From the NCBI GenBank assembly GCA_024958795.1, contig JANXHP010000008.1, forward strand, positions 2,698 through 66,697: 64,000 nt of DNA. Direction: 5' to 3'. A program made the translations under genes and the position numbers. Shown here piece after piece: positions 55,435-63,208 of the stretch (its first letter is position 1; each line of letters starts with the position of its first letter). The notes beneath the pieces were generated by a model, which was given only the letters and a program-made list of their open reading frames with translations, was not told the DNA's origin and did no database searches. This DNA comes from Candidatus Poseidoniaceae archaeon (GTDB lineage: Archaea; Thermoplasmatota; Poseidoniia; Poseidoniales; Poseidoniaceae).

Positions 55435-56480
55435 TGGCTTGGGAGATTACTTGGTCTAAACAAGCACCAAGCATTATCGCTACAATCGCAGCAAGCGAAG
55501 GCGGTTTAGTAGTTAGTAATGGTTTGAATCTTTCATTCTTTGAACATGATGGTAGTGAAAGATGGTCTGTAGATATGCCATTCAAAGTTCATGCAATTGA
55601 AAGCGGTCAAGGAATTCTTGGTATTTTAGCAGCTCATGGATTTTATGTTATGTCTACTAGAGATGGTTCACTATTGCATGAAGGAAGAAGCAGCCCTGGT
55701 GGTTTCACTGGAATAAAAGCAAGACCAGGTGGGGGTTGGGTGCTATCTGGTAGAGATGGGAATTTACATCTTTTCTCACAAGAGGGTAGAGGAATTCGAC
55801 GCATGGATAGTGGCATGGTTAGGAGATTAATTGGCTGGCTAGATAGAGAACATTTGATGTGGCAAGCAAGCGATGGAAGAATCTGGTGTGGTAGATTAAC
55901 CGGATCTGATAAGAAAAGGTGCCTAGAAGACAGGATTTGGAGTTGGTCTAGCAATTTAGAAAATGGTAGGATTATTTTACAATCAAGTGATGGAAGCTTG
56001 TGGCAAGGTATTCCACATCCATTTGGGTGGGATGATTTGATTAGACTTGAACAAGATTCCATAGAAGCAATGGAAGGGATAATCAGTGCTGATGGCTGGT
56101 GGGTATTGGGTATTGAAGGACGCCTCTATCATATTTCTAGAACATTGGAAGAGGATATTGAAATTCTTGGAGAGTCAATGGACTTGGGAGAACTTTTGGT
56201 TGGTTTAACGCCTGACTCAATGGTAACTGCTACACGTTCTGGATTAATTCGTAAGTGGTCAGCACCACATCTAGCACAATCTGAACGAAAGGGACTCTAT
56301 GAAGCTGCAGCAGAGGCTGCAATGGCAAGAAATTGGGATGAAAGAAAGGATTTATTCATGCGAGCACAAACTGCAGAAGATGAAGGAAAACTATCGGTTG
56401 CAGTCGAATTGTATGGTGCGCTTGGCCGTAAGGAAGATGTTCGCCGCCTCTTAAAACGACAAAAGGAGGGTGGAGAATGA
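55431..56480 (+). CDS. Cytoplasmic beta-propeller (PQQ/WD-like repeat) protein with C-terminal helical tail
   Basis: The pattern ..DG.l......G.......w.. recurs about every 40 aa (DGSERWSV, RDGSLLHEG, RDGNLHLFSQEG, SDGRIWCG, SDGSLWQG, IEGRLYHIS, RSGLIRKW). No signal peptide is present. There is a 4-nt ATGA overlap with the upstream gene. Confidence 0.55.
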   Translation: MMAWEITWSKQAPSIIATIAASEGGLVVSNGLNLSFFEHDGSERWSVDMPFKVHAIESGQGILGILAAHGFYVMSTRDGSLLHEGRSSPGGFTGIKARPGGGWVLSGRDGNLHLFSQEGRGIRRMDSGMVRRLIGWLDREHLMWQASDGRIWCGRLTGSDKKRCLEDRIWSWSSNLENGRIILQSSDGSLWQGIPHPFGWDDLIRLEQDSIEAMEGIISADGWWVLGIEGRLYHISRTLEEDIEILGESMDLGELLVGLTPDSMVTATRSGLIRKWSAPHLAQSERKGLYEAAAEAAMARNWDERKDLFMRAQTAEDEGKLSVAVELYGALGRKEDVRRLLKRQKEGGE

Positions 56481-56776
56481 GTGATGATCTTGTTGAAGTC
56501 TCAGAGGAAAAAGTGATGCAGTATCTAGATATTACAAAAAGAGCTAGAGAAAAAGCAACACCACTCTTTCCAGAAGGAAGCGAGCAATCAAAACAATTAG
56601 CAATAATGATGAGAATGGCAGATGATTATTCATCAGATGCCAAACATTTTTTGAATATTGGTGATAGAGTAAGGGCATTTGGAGCAATTAATTACGCTCA
56701 TGCTTGGATTGATGCTGCTGTAAAACTTAGGTTGTTAGACGGGCATGGCGATGATGTATTGTTCACCTTACCATAA
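56477..56776 (+). CDS. DUF357-family small protein
   Basis: This is a 99-aa helical protein. ADDYSSDAKHFLNIGDRVRAFGAINYAHAWIDAAVKLRLL matches my recollection of the archaeal DUF357 core. There is a 4-nt overlap with the upstream gene. Confidence 0.5.
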   Translation: MSDDLVEVSEEKVMQYLDITKRAREKATPLFPEGSEQSKQLAIMMRMADDYSSDAKHFLNIGDRVRAFGAINYAHAWIDAAVKLRLLDGHGDDVLFTLP

Positions 56777-56782
56777 TAATTT

Positions 56783-57235
56783 TCAATTATTTCTTTGTGC
56801 TAAATTTTCAAGTGTAGTAATCGCTGAAACAATATATGTGATTTTGTCTTGTGCTTCTTCAATAAATGGGACAATACATTCGTTAATGGTTCCAGTTAAC
56901 TGATAAATGTGTGAGGGTCTACCACGGCCTGCAGCAGCAGTAGAATCCAATTTTACAACCTTTAAGCGACGTAGTTCAGCGATTGCAACGCTAACATCTG
57001 GTTGCCTAATATTGCAATTATCTTGTAACATTTTTGATGTTGAAGGTCCATGTACATGTAGGCAAACTAAGCATTTTGCAGTATGACTCTGAACACCTAG
57101 TTTAATCAATGTAAAAACCAGTTGTTGTGAACTTTCTATCTTGTTGAAACCATCCATTTCCACCAAACTATTTTCAGCCTGCATGGCCTTTACGTTGATA
57201 TCTTCATATATGAACTTCTTACCGGCAATATTCAA
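56783..57235 (-). CDS. Winged-helix transcriptional regulator (TrmB/MarR-like)
   Basis: LIKLGVQSHTAKCLVCLHVHGPSTSKMLQDNCNIRQPDVSVAIAELRRLKVVKL...GRGRPSHIYQL fits a helix-turn-helix plus wing pattern. Confidence 0.6.
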   Translation of the reverse strand: MNIAGKKFIYEDINVKAMQAENSLVEMDGFNKIESSQQLVFTLIKLGVQSHTAKCLVCLHVHGPSTSKMLQDNCNIRQPDVSVAIAELRRLKVVKLDSTAAAGRGRPSHIYQLTGTINECIVPFIEEAQDKITYIVSAITTLENLAQRNN

Positions 57236-57323
57236 TTTTGGTTTCTATTTTTTTAGTTGATATTAATAATCTTATTGCCGACAAATTTGAGATTAAAAAA
57301 TAATAAGACCTTAGTAATCAATT

Positions 57324-57713
57324 CTATAGATTATCAATCACGTTCAATCTCTTATTTTTTGCAACTTCAATAATAAGGATACCCGAATCAAACAATCGAC
57401 GCTTTAATTCAGTATCAACAGTCAAAACCGGAATGCCTTCATTTATTGCAAATGATATAATTTGATCATCGGGATGATCGCCTGAATTTTCAGGTGCATC
57501 AATCATCACAGTTCTTGCTCTTAACAATTGTAGCAAAAGGGATTTTTTCTTTGACCGTTTGGAGTTGATTTCTTCTAATTCCTTCTCAACATCGGGCAAC
57601 AAAAGAAGTTGACTTGGGCCCATTAATTGCAATAATGCATCATCGATGTTGATTCCAGCATCAATTACTGCAACCCAACCGCACGCATCAACAATTATTC
57701 TTTGCACATTCAC
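57324..57713 (-). CDS. PIN-domain ribonuclease (Fcf1/Utp24-like housekeeping type)
   Basis: The acidic residues are spaced as in PIN domains (IVDACGW, VEKELEE, PDDQII, LTVDTEL). The gene lies directly downstream of the aIF2-gamma gene, a neighbourhood I recall as conserved in archaea. Confidence 0.6.
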   Translation of the reverse strand: MNVQRIIVDACGWVAVIDAGINIDDALLQLMGPSQLLLLPDVEKELEEINSKRSKKKSLLLQLLRARTVMIDAPENSGDHPDDQIISFAINEGIPVLTVDTELKRRLFDSGILIIEVAKNKRLNVIDNL

Positions 57714-57757
57714 TGCTAATCAGCAATCTTTGATGAAATGTGCGTTTGTCAGCACAG

Positions 57758-58996
57758 TTATTGTATTGTTCCGTAGCCAATTAATCTCCAACGAGAACCA
57801 ACACGTCGTGATAATGAAACTCTTTGTCCAGTATCAGCACAGATAGGAAGTCTTAATTCAAGACCAGTACGACTTTTTTCAGCGTTCTTAGTAACGCCAA
57901 CAGAAGTTGCAGTAGCAACATTTAGCATTAACATTTCATTATTTCGTAATGGATGAATCTTCTCTGGTTTTTCACCTTCTCCAGCGACCATATTATCCAT
58001 TAGATTGACAGAGATTTCAAGTTTTGAGCGCACTTCTGGTAAATCTCCTTTTCTTGCAACAACTTGTCCACTCAAGTTATCAGCAGTTGTGATACTTGGG
58101 TCTAATTGAGTTGCCATTCCACACAGGCCACCAGCGTGCATATTTTTCAAATTTAATCCACCACCTTGCATACTGCTAACAATTGCTTCAATCGGCTCCC
58201 AAGTTGATTTATTGCCCTTCTCTATTTTTCGTCCTGGTCCAATAATAATTTCATCACCATCATTGAATTCACCTTCAACAATACTTCCACCGATTACGCC
58301 ACCTCTCAGTTTGCTTGGTCGTGTTCCAGGTCTATTGATATCAAAAGAGCGAGCTACATGCATTATTGAACGCTTATCCTTTGAACGGTCAGGTGTAGGA
58401 ATTGTTTGTTCAATAGCATCGATTAAAATGTCAAGGTTCACATCATGGTGTGCTGATACTGGAATAACTGGAGCGTTTTCAGCTATTGTTCCTTTCAAGA
58501 AGGACTTGACTTCTTGGTATGACTCCATAGCACGCTCTTTACTGACTAAATCAATTTTATTTTGAACTATTACAATATTGCTAATACCTGCAATTTCTAG
58601 TGCCATTAAGTGCTCTCTAGTTTGAGGTTGAGGACATGTTTCATTTGCAGCAACCATCAACATTGCACCGTCCATTATGGATGCACCAGTGATCATTATT
58701 GCCATCAATGTCTCGTGACCAGGGGCATCTACGAATGAAACAACCCTTTTCAGTTCCTTTTCAACATCATCTCCACCATCAGGACGGCGACCTGTTGCGT
58801 AGTATTGTCCCTCTTTGGTTTGATAAAATGCAGTGTCGGCATATCCCAATTTAATAGAAATACCGCGCTTTCTTTCTTCGGAATGAGTATCTGTCCAAAC
58901 TCCAGAAAGAGCTTGAGTTAGAGTTGTTTTTCCATGGTCAACGTGACCTACAAGGCCAATGTTGATTTCAGGTTGAGAAGGAAGCTTTCTTGCCAT
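57758..58996 (-). CDS. eif2g: Translation initiation factor aIF2 gamma subunit
   Basis: G1 is GHVDHGKTTL and G3 is DAPGHE. NKIDL is present, with domains II and III following. The ORF is 412 aa. Confidence 0.97.
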   Translation of the reverse strand: MARKLPSQPEINIGLVGHVDHGKTTLTQALSGVWTDTHSEERKRGISIKLGYADTAFYQTKEGQYYATGRRPDGGDDVEKELKRVVSFVDAPGHETLMAIMITGASIMDGAMLMVAANETCPQPQTREHLMALEIAGISNIVIVQNKIDLVSKERAMESYQEVKSFLKGTIAENAPVIPVSAHHDVNLDILIDAIEQTIPTPDRSKDKRSIMHVARSFDINRPGTRPSKLRGGVIGGSIVEGEFNDGDEIIIGPGRKIEKGNKSTWEPIEAIVSSMQGGGLNLKNMHAGGLCGMATQLDPSITTADNLSGQVVARKGDLPEVRSKLEISVNLMDNMVAGEGEKPEKIHPLRNNEMLMLNVATATSVGVTKNAEKSRTGLELRLPICADTGQRVSLSRRVGSRWRLIGYGTIQ

Positions 58997-59035
58997 TGCT
59001 TCCTACTCCTCATTTTACGAATTCCCTCTCGGGTT

Positions 59036-59527
59036 TCACTCCGATGCTTCTTCGCTACCAGAAGAAGTGATATCAGCAAGGCTCTTATTGCCTGCTTCAG
59101 TAACTTTCAAGTTGATTTGACGAGTATCTTGGGTAATGGTGTTACCGCGGAAGTTTCTACGCTTACGTAGTCCGTCTAGTTTGTAGCGGAAACGCTTCTT
59201 TTCCCCACCTTTACTCTTGAATACAAGAGAGTGCCCCTTGAATCCAGTAGAAGCGGTGACCAGAATAGATTGGCGAGAACCACCTTCAAGGTCACGGCGA
59301 AGAGGCGTTCCAGTTTTATCTGAACCACCAGTGATTTGTAATTTGAAACCAGAAAGAGTTTGTTCACCTTCTCCAACGAAAATACCGTCAACAGTATCTC
59401 CAATTTTCTTGCCCAATAATTGAGCATGATTGTTTCCACTAATCTTCAATGAGTAAGACTTGCCACCATTGGCAGGATCTGTATCATTTACGACGGCTAC
59501 GAATTCTCCTTGTTGTCCAACAGCCAT
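59036..59527 (-). CDS. rps6e: 30S ribosomal protein S6e
   Basis: GFKLQITGGSDKTGTPLRRDLEG, RKRRNFRGNTI and the overall S6e pattern are present. Confidence 0.9.
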   Translation of the reverse strand: MAVGQQGEFVAVVNDTDPANGGKSYSLKISGNNHAQLLGKKIGDTVDGIFVGEGEQTLSGFKLQITGGSDKTGTPLRRDLEGGSRQSILVTASTGFKGHSLVFKSKGGEKKRFRYKLDGLRKRRNFRGNTITQDTRQINLKVTEAGNKSLADITSSGSEEASE

Positions 59528-59600
59528 AATCTACACCACTAGAATAACTCGCCGACAAGAGACCCATATTTAGGCTCACCGCATAGGTCTACAATTGCAT

Positions 59601-60803
59601 TTAGCGTTGCAGTCGCTTAGGAAGCAGCAATTCTAGGCGGCTTGAAAGGTCTGCAGGCAGGTGGTGTGGCATACTGAGATGAGTTGTTCTACCCCTGCCA
59701 TCACTAACAGTAGCGACCTTAGAATCAATCAACTGCTCCTGTTCTAGGTACTTTACATATTTCCAAATCGTCGTGTGACTCTTTTGTTTCTGTTCGTATT
59801 CTTCACAGACTACAGCGTAAAGGGATTCAACATCACCCATCGTCATTGTCGCTTCAGTCTTCAATCTCCTGCACATCGCTAGAAGAACTAACATCTGATG
59901 AGCCGAAAGGATATCAACGACTTCTAATTTGGTTCCAATGTTGAATGCGACACTATCATTTGCTTCATGAATATCTTCAATCAATATCTCTCTTACACTA
60001 TGTGAATCTTGTCTATATTCGCATCGTTCAACAGCTGCAGATAATAATTCAATACCTCTTCTTGCATCGCCAGTTGCAGCGGCCTTTTCCGCAATTAAAC
60101 GGATTATTTTTGGAGAGTAAGTTCCAGTAACGAGAGAATATTCTGCTCTTTGCTGGATTATCTTTTCAATTCCTTCTACAGTATAAGGTGGGATTTTGAT
60201 ATGATTGGTACTCCCCATTCGTGATAAGACGGCTGTTTCTAATAGGTCAAGAACCTGTTCTTGACTAATAATTATCAGAGAGATAGTTCCTTTTCCCGAT
60301 TGGTCTTCATCTATCCTTAGAAGTTGGTAAAGAAGGTCATCACCGGAGCGCCTCAACATATGGTCTACTTCATCTAGTACAACGATTAAGTGGGCCGAAT
60401 CCCTTCTAATTAATTTGCGAAGACTGATTAACAATTCACCCATTGAAAGCCCTCTATCTGGATGACCCGGATCTAATTTGTGTAATATTCTTTGAACAAC
60501 TCGCATGCTTGTCGATGCGTTTCTGCAATTTATCTGAACGGTTTTTATTTGTCTCTTATTTGCAAGATGTCGCTGGATATCTCTACAAAATGTTCCTGCT
60601 AGGACAGTTTTCCCACTTCCCACAGGTCCGGTGATGACTGCACGTCCAGCTCCATCAGGATGTGATAGCGTGGAAAATTTGCTCGCCAATTGATTCTGAA
60701 TGTCATCTCTACCAACTAATTCATCAGGCATAAAATCAAAATCAAGACCTTCTGGATTGGCTAAGACGAAACCCGCTCCAATTCGGTCAAGGTAGTTGCT
60801 CAT
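59601..60803 (-). CDS. cdc6: Orc1/Cdc6 replication initiator
   Basis: LVGRDDIQNQL precedes Walker A ITGPVGSGKTV. Walker B is LIVVLDEVDHM. The C-terminal winged helix is GRGRTTHLSM. The ORF is 400 aa. Confidence 0.92.
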   Translation of the reverse strand: MSNYLDRIGAGFVLANPEGLDFDFMPDELVGRDDIQNQLASKFSTLSHPDGAGRAVITGPVGSGKTVLAGTFCRDIQRHLANKRQIKTVQINCRNASTSMRVVQRILHKLDPGHPDRGLSMGELLISLRKLIRRDSAHLIVVLDEVDHMLRRSGDDLLYQLLRIDEDQSGKGTISLIIISQEQVLDLLETAVLSRMGSTNHIKIPPYTVEGIEKIIQQRAEYSLVTGTYSPKIIRLIAEKAAATGDARRGIELLSAAVERCEYRQDSHSVREILIEDIHEANDSVAFNIGTKLEVVDILSAHQMLVLLAMCRRLKTEATMTMGDVESLYAVVCEEYEQKQKSHTTIWKYVKYLEQEQLIDSKVATVSDGRGRTTHLSMPHHLPADLSSRLELLLPKRLQR

Positions 60804-60816
60804 AACATAGGAAGGC

Positions 60817-60858
60817 TCTCGTCAACCGTTATTGAACATAGGGGCAGTTGAGACGAGA
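60817..60858. promoter_or_regulatory. Interrupted inverted repeat (TCTCGTCAAC ... GTTGA-GA-CGAGA) with a flanking AACATAGG direct repeat, immediately upstream of cdc6
   Basis: Read directly from the sequence. AACATAGG occurs at 60804..60811 and 60835..60842. A T7 tract on the cdc6-sense strand precedes the repeat and is probably the dph2 terminator. Confidence 0.35.
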
Positions 60859-60894
60859 AAAAAACATTTCTTTCTGATAATGTAATATTGCGGC

Positions 60895-62004
60895 TCAAGG
60901 AATTTCATCAAATTGATAACCGAGTTCCCATTGTTTTTCGCCCAATGAAACCTCTAATTCGAATGGAGTAAGCATTGGCTTACTATAGCGCACTGCATCA
61001 TCTATGGCAATTCTTGGACAGGATGTGTTTACAAATGCATCAACTGGATAGAAATCTATCAGTTCTGGGCCAATATGTTCTAATGCCAGCAAATATCCTT
61101 TCTTACCATGCTTCTCTAACATTCTCTTCATTCTCAGTGCTAGAGTTCGACGCATTTGTCCAGGTTTTTCTCCGATTAGAATACCAAAGCTTTGAGCCTT
61201 ATCACAAGCCATGATGAGGCCAAACCGTTGTCTTAGAATTCTCTCAATTCTTTCAAGTGACATTTCTTCTGCATCTCCGCTATATGGGTCTAGCATTGCA
61301 AGTGGTTTTCCAGTGTGCAATACTAATCCGATTGGATGAAAATCACCACTTCCTAAGAACAAGTAGTGTCCAATATCATCTTGGTCACCCGAATAATTGC
61401 AACCTAGAACCTGTCCTGGAAATGAGAGGCGGGCACCACCTAATGGAATTGTGACATCAAATCCAGCCTTTTCAAGTCGGTCATGGAAATCTGGCAATAG
61501 GTGCAGATGTTGAATAGAACCAACCAATCCCAATTTAGTATCAGTGAGAGGTGCTAAACGCCCAACAGCATCTAAAAACTTCTCTTGGGCATCTTCTGTT
61601 GTAAGGTCAGTAGGGTTTTCTTGGTCCAATAGGCGTTGTTTTGCCATAGCGCGGTGATTTTCCAAGAAAGGTAGAACAGGAGTTAATTCAGGGTCACCAT
61701 CATATGTTACATCAATAAATTGTGTTGGCATACCTGATTCAATATTCATTTGACTATGACCCATATGTGCGACTAATTCAACACCCATCATCTTCATCTT
61801 ATCATGAACAAGGTCACATGCTCCGTAACATGGGTCTGCTGCAAGTACTACCTTTGCACTTGTTTCAGTTTCAATTTGATCCATCATTTCCAGTGCTTGA
61901 ATCTTCAAACCTTCTGGAAGTTGCAGAGCAATTAGACGGTGGTCACTGGAACGAATTCTATCCATCAACTCAGTGAGTTCGAAATCGTGACGGTCTAAGT
62001 CCAT
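60895..62004 (-). CDS. dph2: 2-(3-amino-3-carboxypropyl)histidine synthase (diphthamide synthesis, Dph2)
   Basis: LIALQLPEGLK is the family N-terminal motif. Conserved Cys residues fit the radical-SAM-like [4Fe-4S] site (DPCYGACD, TSCPRIAIDD). Confidence 0.85.
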   Translation of the reverse strand: MDLDRHDFELTELMDRIRSSDHRLIALQLPEGLKIQALEMMDQIETETSAKVVLAADPCYGACDLVHDKMKMMGVELVAHMGHSQMNIESGMPTQFIDVTYDGDPELTPVLPFLENHRAMAKQRLLDQENPTDLTTEDAQEKFLDAVGRLAPLTDTKLGLVGSIQHLHLLPDFHDRLEKAGFDVTIPLGGARLSFPGQVLGCNYSGDQDDIGHYLFLGSGDFHPIGLVLHTGKPLAMLDPYSGDAEEMSLERIERILRQRFGLIMACDKAQSFGILIGEKPGQMRRTLALRMKRMLEKHGKKGYLLALEHIGPELIDFYPVDAFVNTSCPRIAIDDAVRYSKPMLTPFELEVSLGEKQWELGYQFDEIP

Positions 62005-62071
62005 GATGCTCCCCTATTCGCAGGGGCAATAATCCCCTTCATCAAACCATGCTTTGTAATAATGAAACAAA

Positions 62072-62641
62072 TCAGTCAAGAATTACGATATTTGCGCCAT
62101 CCATTTCAAGACGAACTAAAGATTCAATTTTGATATTTGGAAACTCTTGCTGAAGTGTTTTCAGTCCAGGTCCCTTTTCAACAACAGTGATGATATGCAT
62201 TATTTTTGCTCCTGTTTTTTCAATTCCATTGATTATTGCCCTGATTGTTCCGCCAGTTGATAATACATCATCAACAATGACAACTCTTTCACCTTCATTG
62301 ATATCATTTAGAAACATCTCGCCTTTTGAATATCCAGTTGATTGGTCGATTGTCACTTCACCTTCAAGACCATACTGTCTTTTTCTAATCACAACTAATG
62401 GTTTTCCAGAATATATGCTAAGTGGAGCAGTAAGAGGTAAACCCATTGCCTCAATACCAAGAATAAGATCTACATTTTGCCAATTTATTGCTTCTAAGCA
62501 CAAATCAGTAACTGCAGAAAGAACTTCAGGGTCAAGTCTCGGCACTCCATCGGTAAGTGGATGAATGAAGTATGGGTAATCACCTTTCCAAATTACAGGT
62601 GCATTCTGCAAACTGTGTCGGAGTCGTTGCATTGCATCCGC
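62072..62641 (-). CDS. hpt: Archaeal hypoxanthine/guanine phosphoribosyltransferase
   Basis: There is a near-colinear match to archaeal Hpt: YPYFIHPLTDGVPRLDP, GIEAMGLPL, VIRKRQYGLEGEV, DQSTGYSKG and VVIVDDVLSTGGT. The Met at 62641 is preferred, and 62674 is possible. Confidence 0.88.
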   Translation of the reverse strand, partial: ADAMQRLRHSLQNAPVIWKGDYPYFIHPLTDGVPRLDPEVLSAVTDLCLEAINWQNVDLILGIEAMGLPLTAPLSIYSGKPLVVIRKRQYGLEGEVTIDQSTGYSKGEMFLNDINEGERVVIVDDVLSTGGTIRAIINGIEKTGAKIMHIITVVEKGPGLKTLQQEFPNIKIESLVRLEMDGANIVILD

Positions 62642-62680
62642 CATAATGGAAACCCACTGTTGGTAGGGTATCACCTTTGC

Positions 62681-63112
62681 TCAAAGTTCAGAAATGTACT
62701 CAATGTATTCTTCCGGTTCCAAGAGTTTTTCTAAATCAATTTCATGAGGGTCTAGGAGGATAATCCACCCTTGGTCATATGCAGATTCATTTACAATATC
62801 AGGGTTTATTTCAACTTCTCCATTTACTTCAGCAACTTGTCCTGAGAATGGTGACGGGAATGAGAGTTTTTCATTTGAAGTCCAAACCGAGAACATATCT
62901 GCACCAAATTCTTCAACTTCCAATCCAGTTTGTGGTAATACAACTCGCAATACTTCTCCATGTTCAACAGCTAAATATTCACTGACACCAATCATTAATC
63001 GGTCTTCTTTTTCTTGATACCAAAGGTGGTTAGTAGAGTATTTTCGATTGTGAGCAACACTAAATTCAACAATTTCGTCATCCATGTAGGCGGTCTCCTT
63101 ATTTCGCCGCAT
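62681..63112 (-). CDS. Glycine-cleavage H-protein-like (lipoyl/biotinyl-domain fold) protein
   Basis: YSTNHLWY...MIGVSEYLAVEHGEVLRVVLPQTGLEVE...SPFSGQVAEVNGEV follows the GcvH pattern. The start may be the Met at 63085. Confidence 0.65.
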   Translation of the reverse strand: MRRNKETAYMDDEIVEFSVAHNRKYSTNHLWYQEKEDRLMIGVSEYLAVEHGEVLRVVLPQTGLEVEEFGADMFSVWTSNEKLSFPSPFSGQVAEVNGEVEINPDIVNESAYDQGWIILLDPHEIDLEKLLEPEEYIEYISEL

Positions 63113-63208
63113 AAATTATCATATATCAACACATGGATGAATTGCAATTTTGAATAATTGTGCAAACGGATTAAGAAAGCGAGCCTTTTGGCACTGATGG
63201 GTAGGGTC

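Noticed and set aside
56783-57713. PIN-domain gene plus adjacent wHTH gene as a VapBC-like toxin-antitoxin pair
   Set aside because: The two genes are separated by an 88-nt AT-rich spacer, and the order is toxin-like gene first. The HTH protein is a 150-aa TrmB/MarR-like regulator rather than a small antitoxin. The PIN gene follows aIF2-gamma and S6e, an arrangement I recall as a conserved housekeeping neighbourhood (Fcf1-like rRNA-processing PIN).
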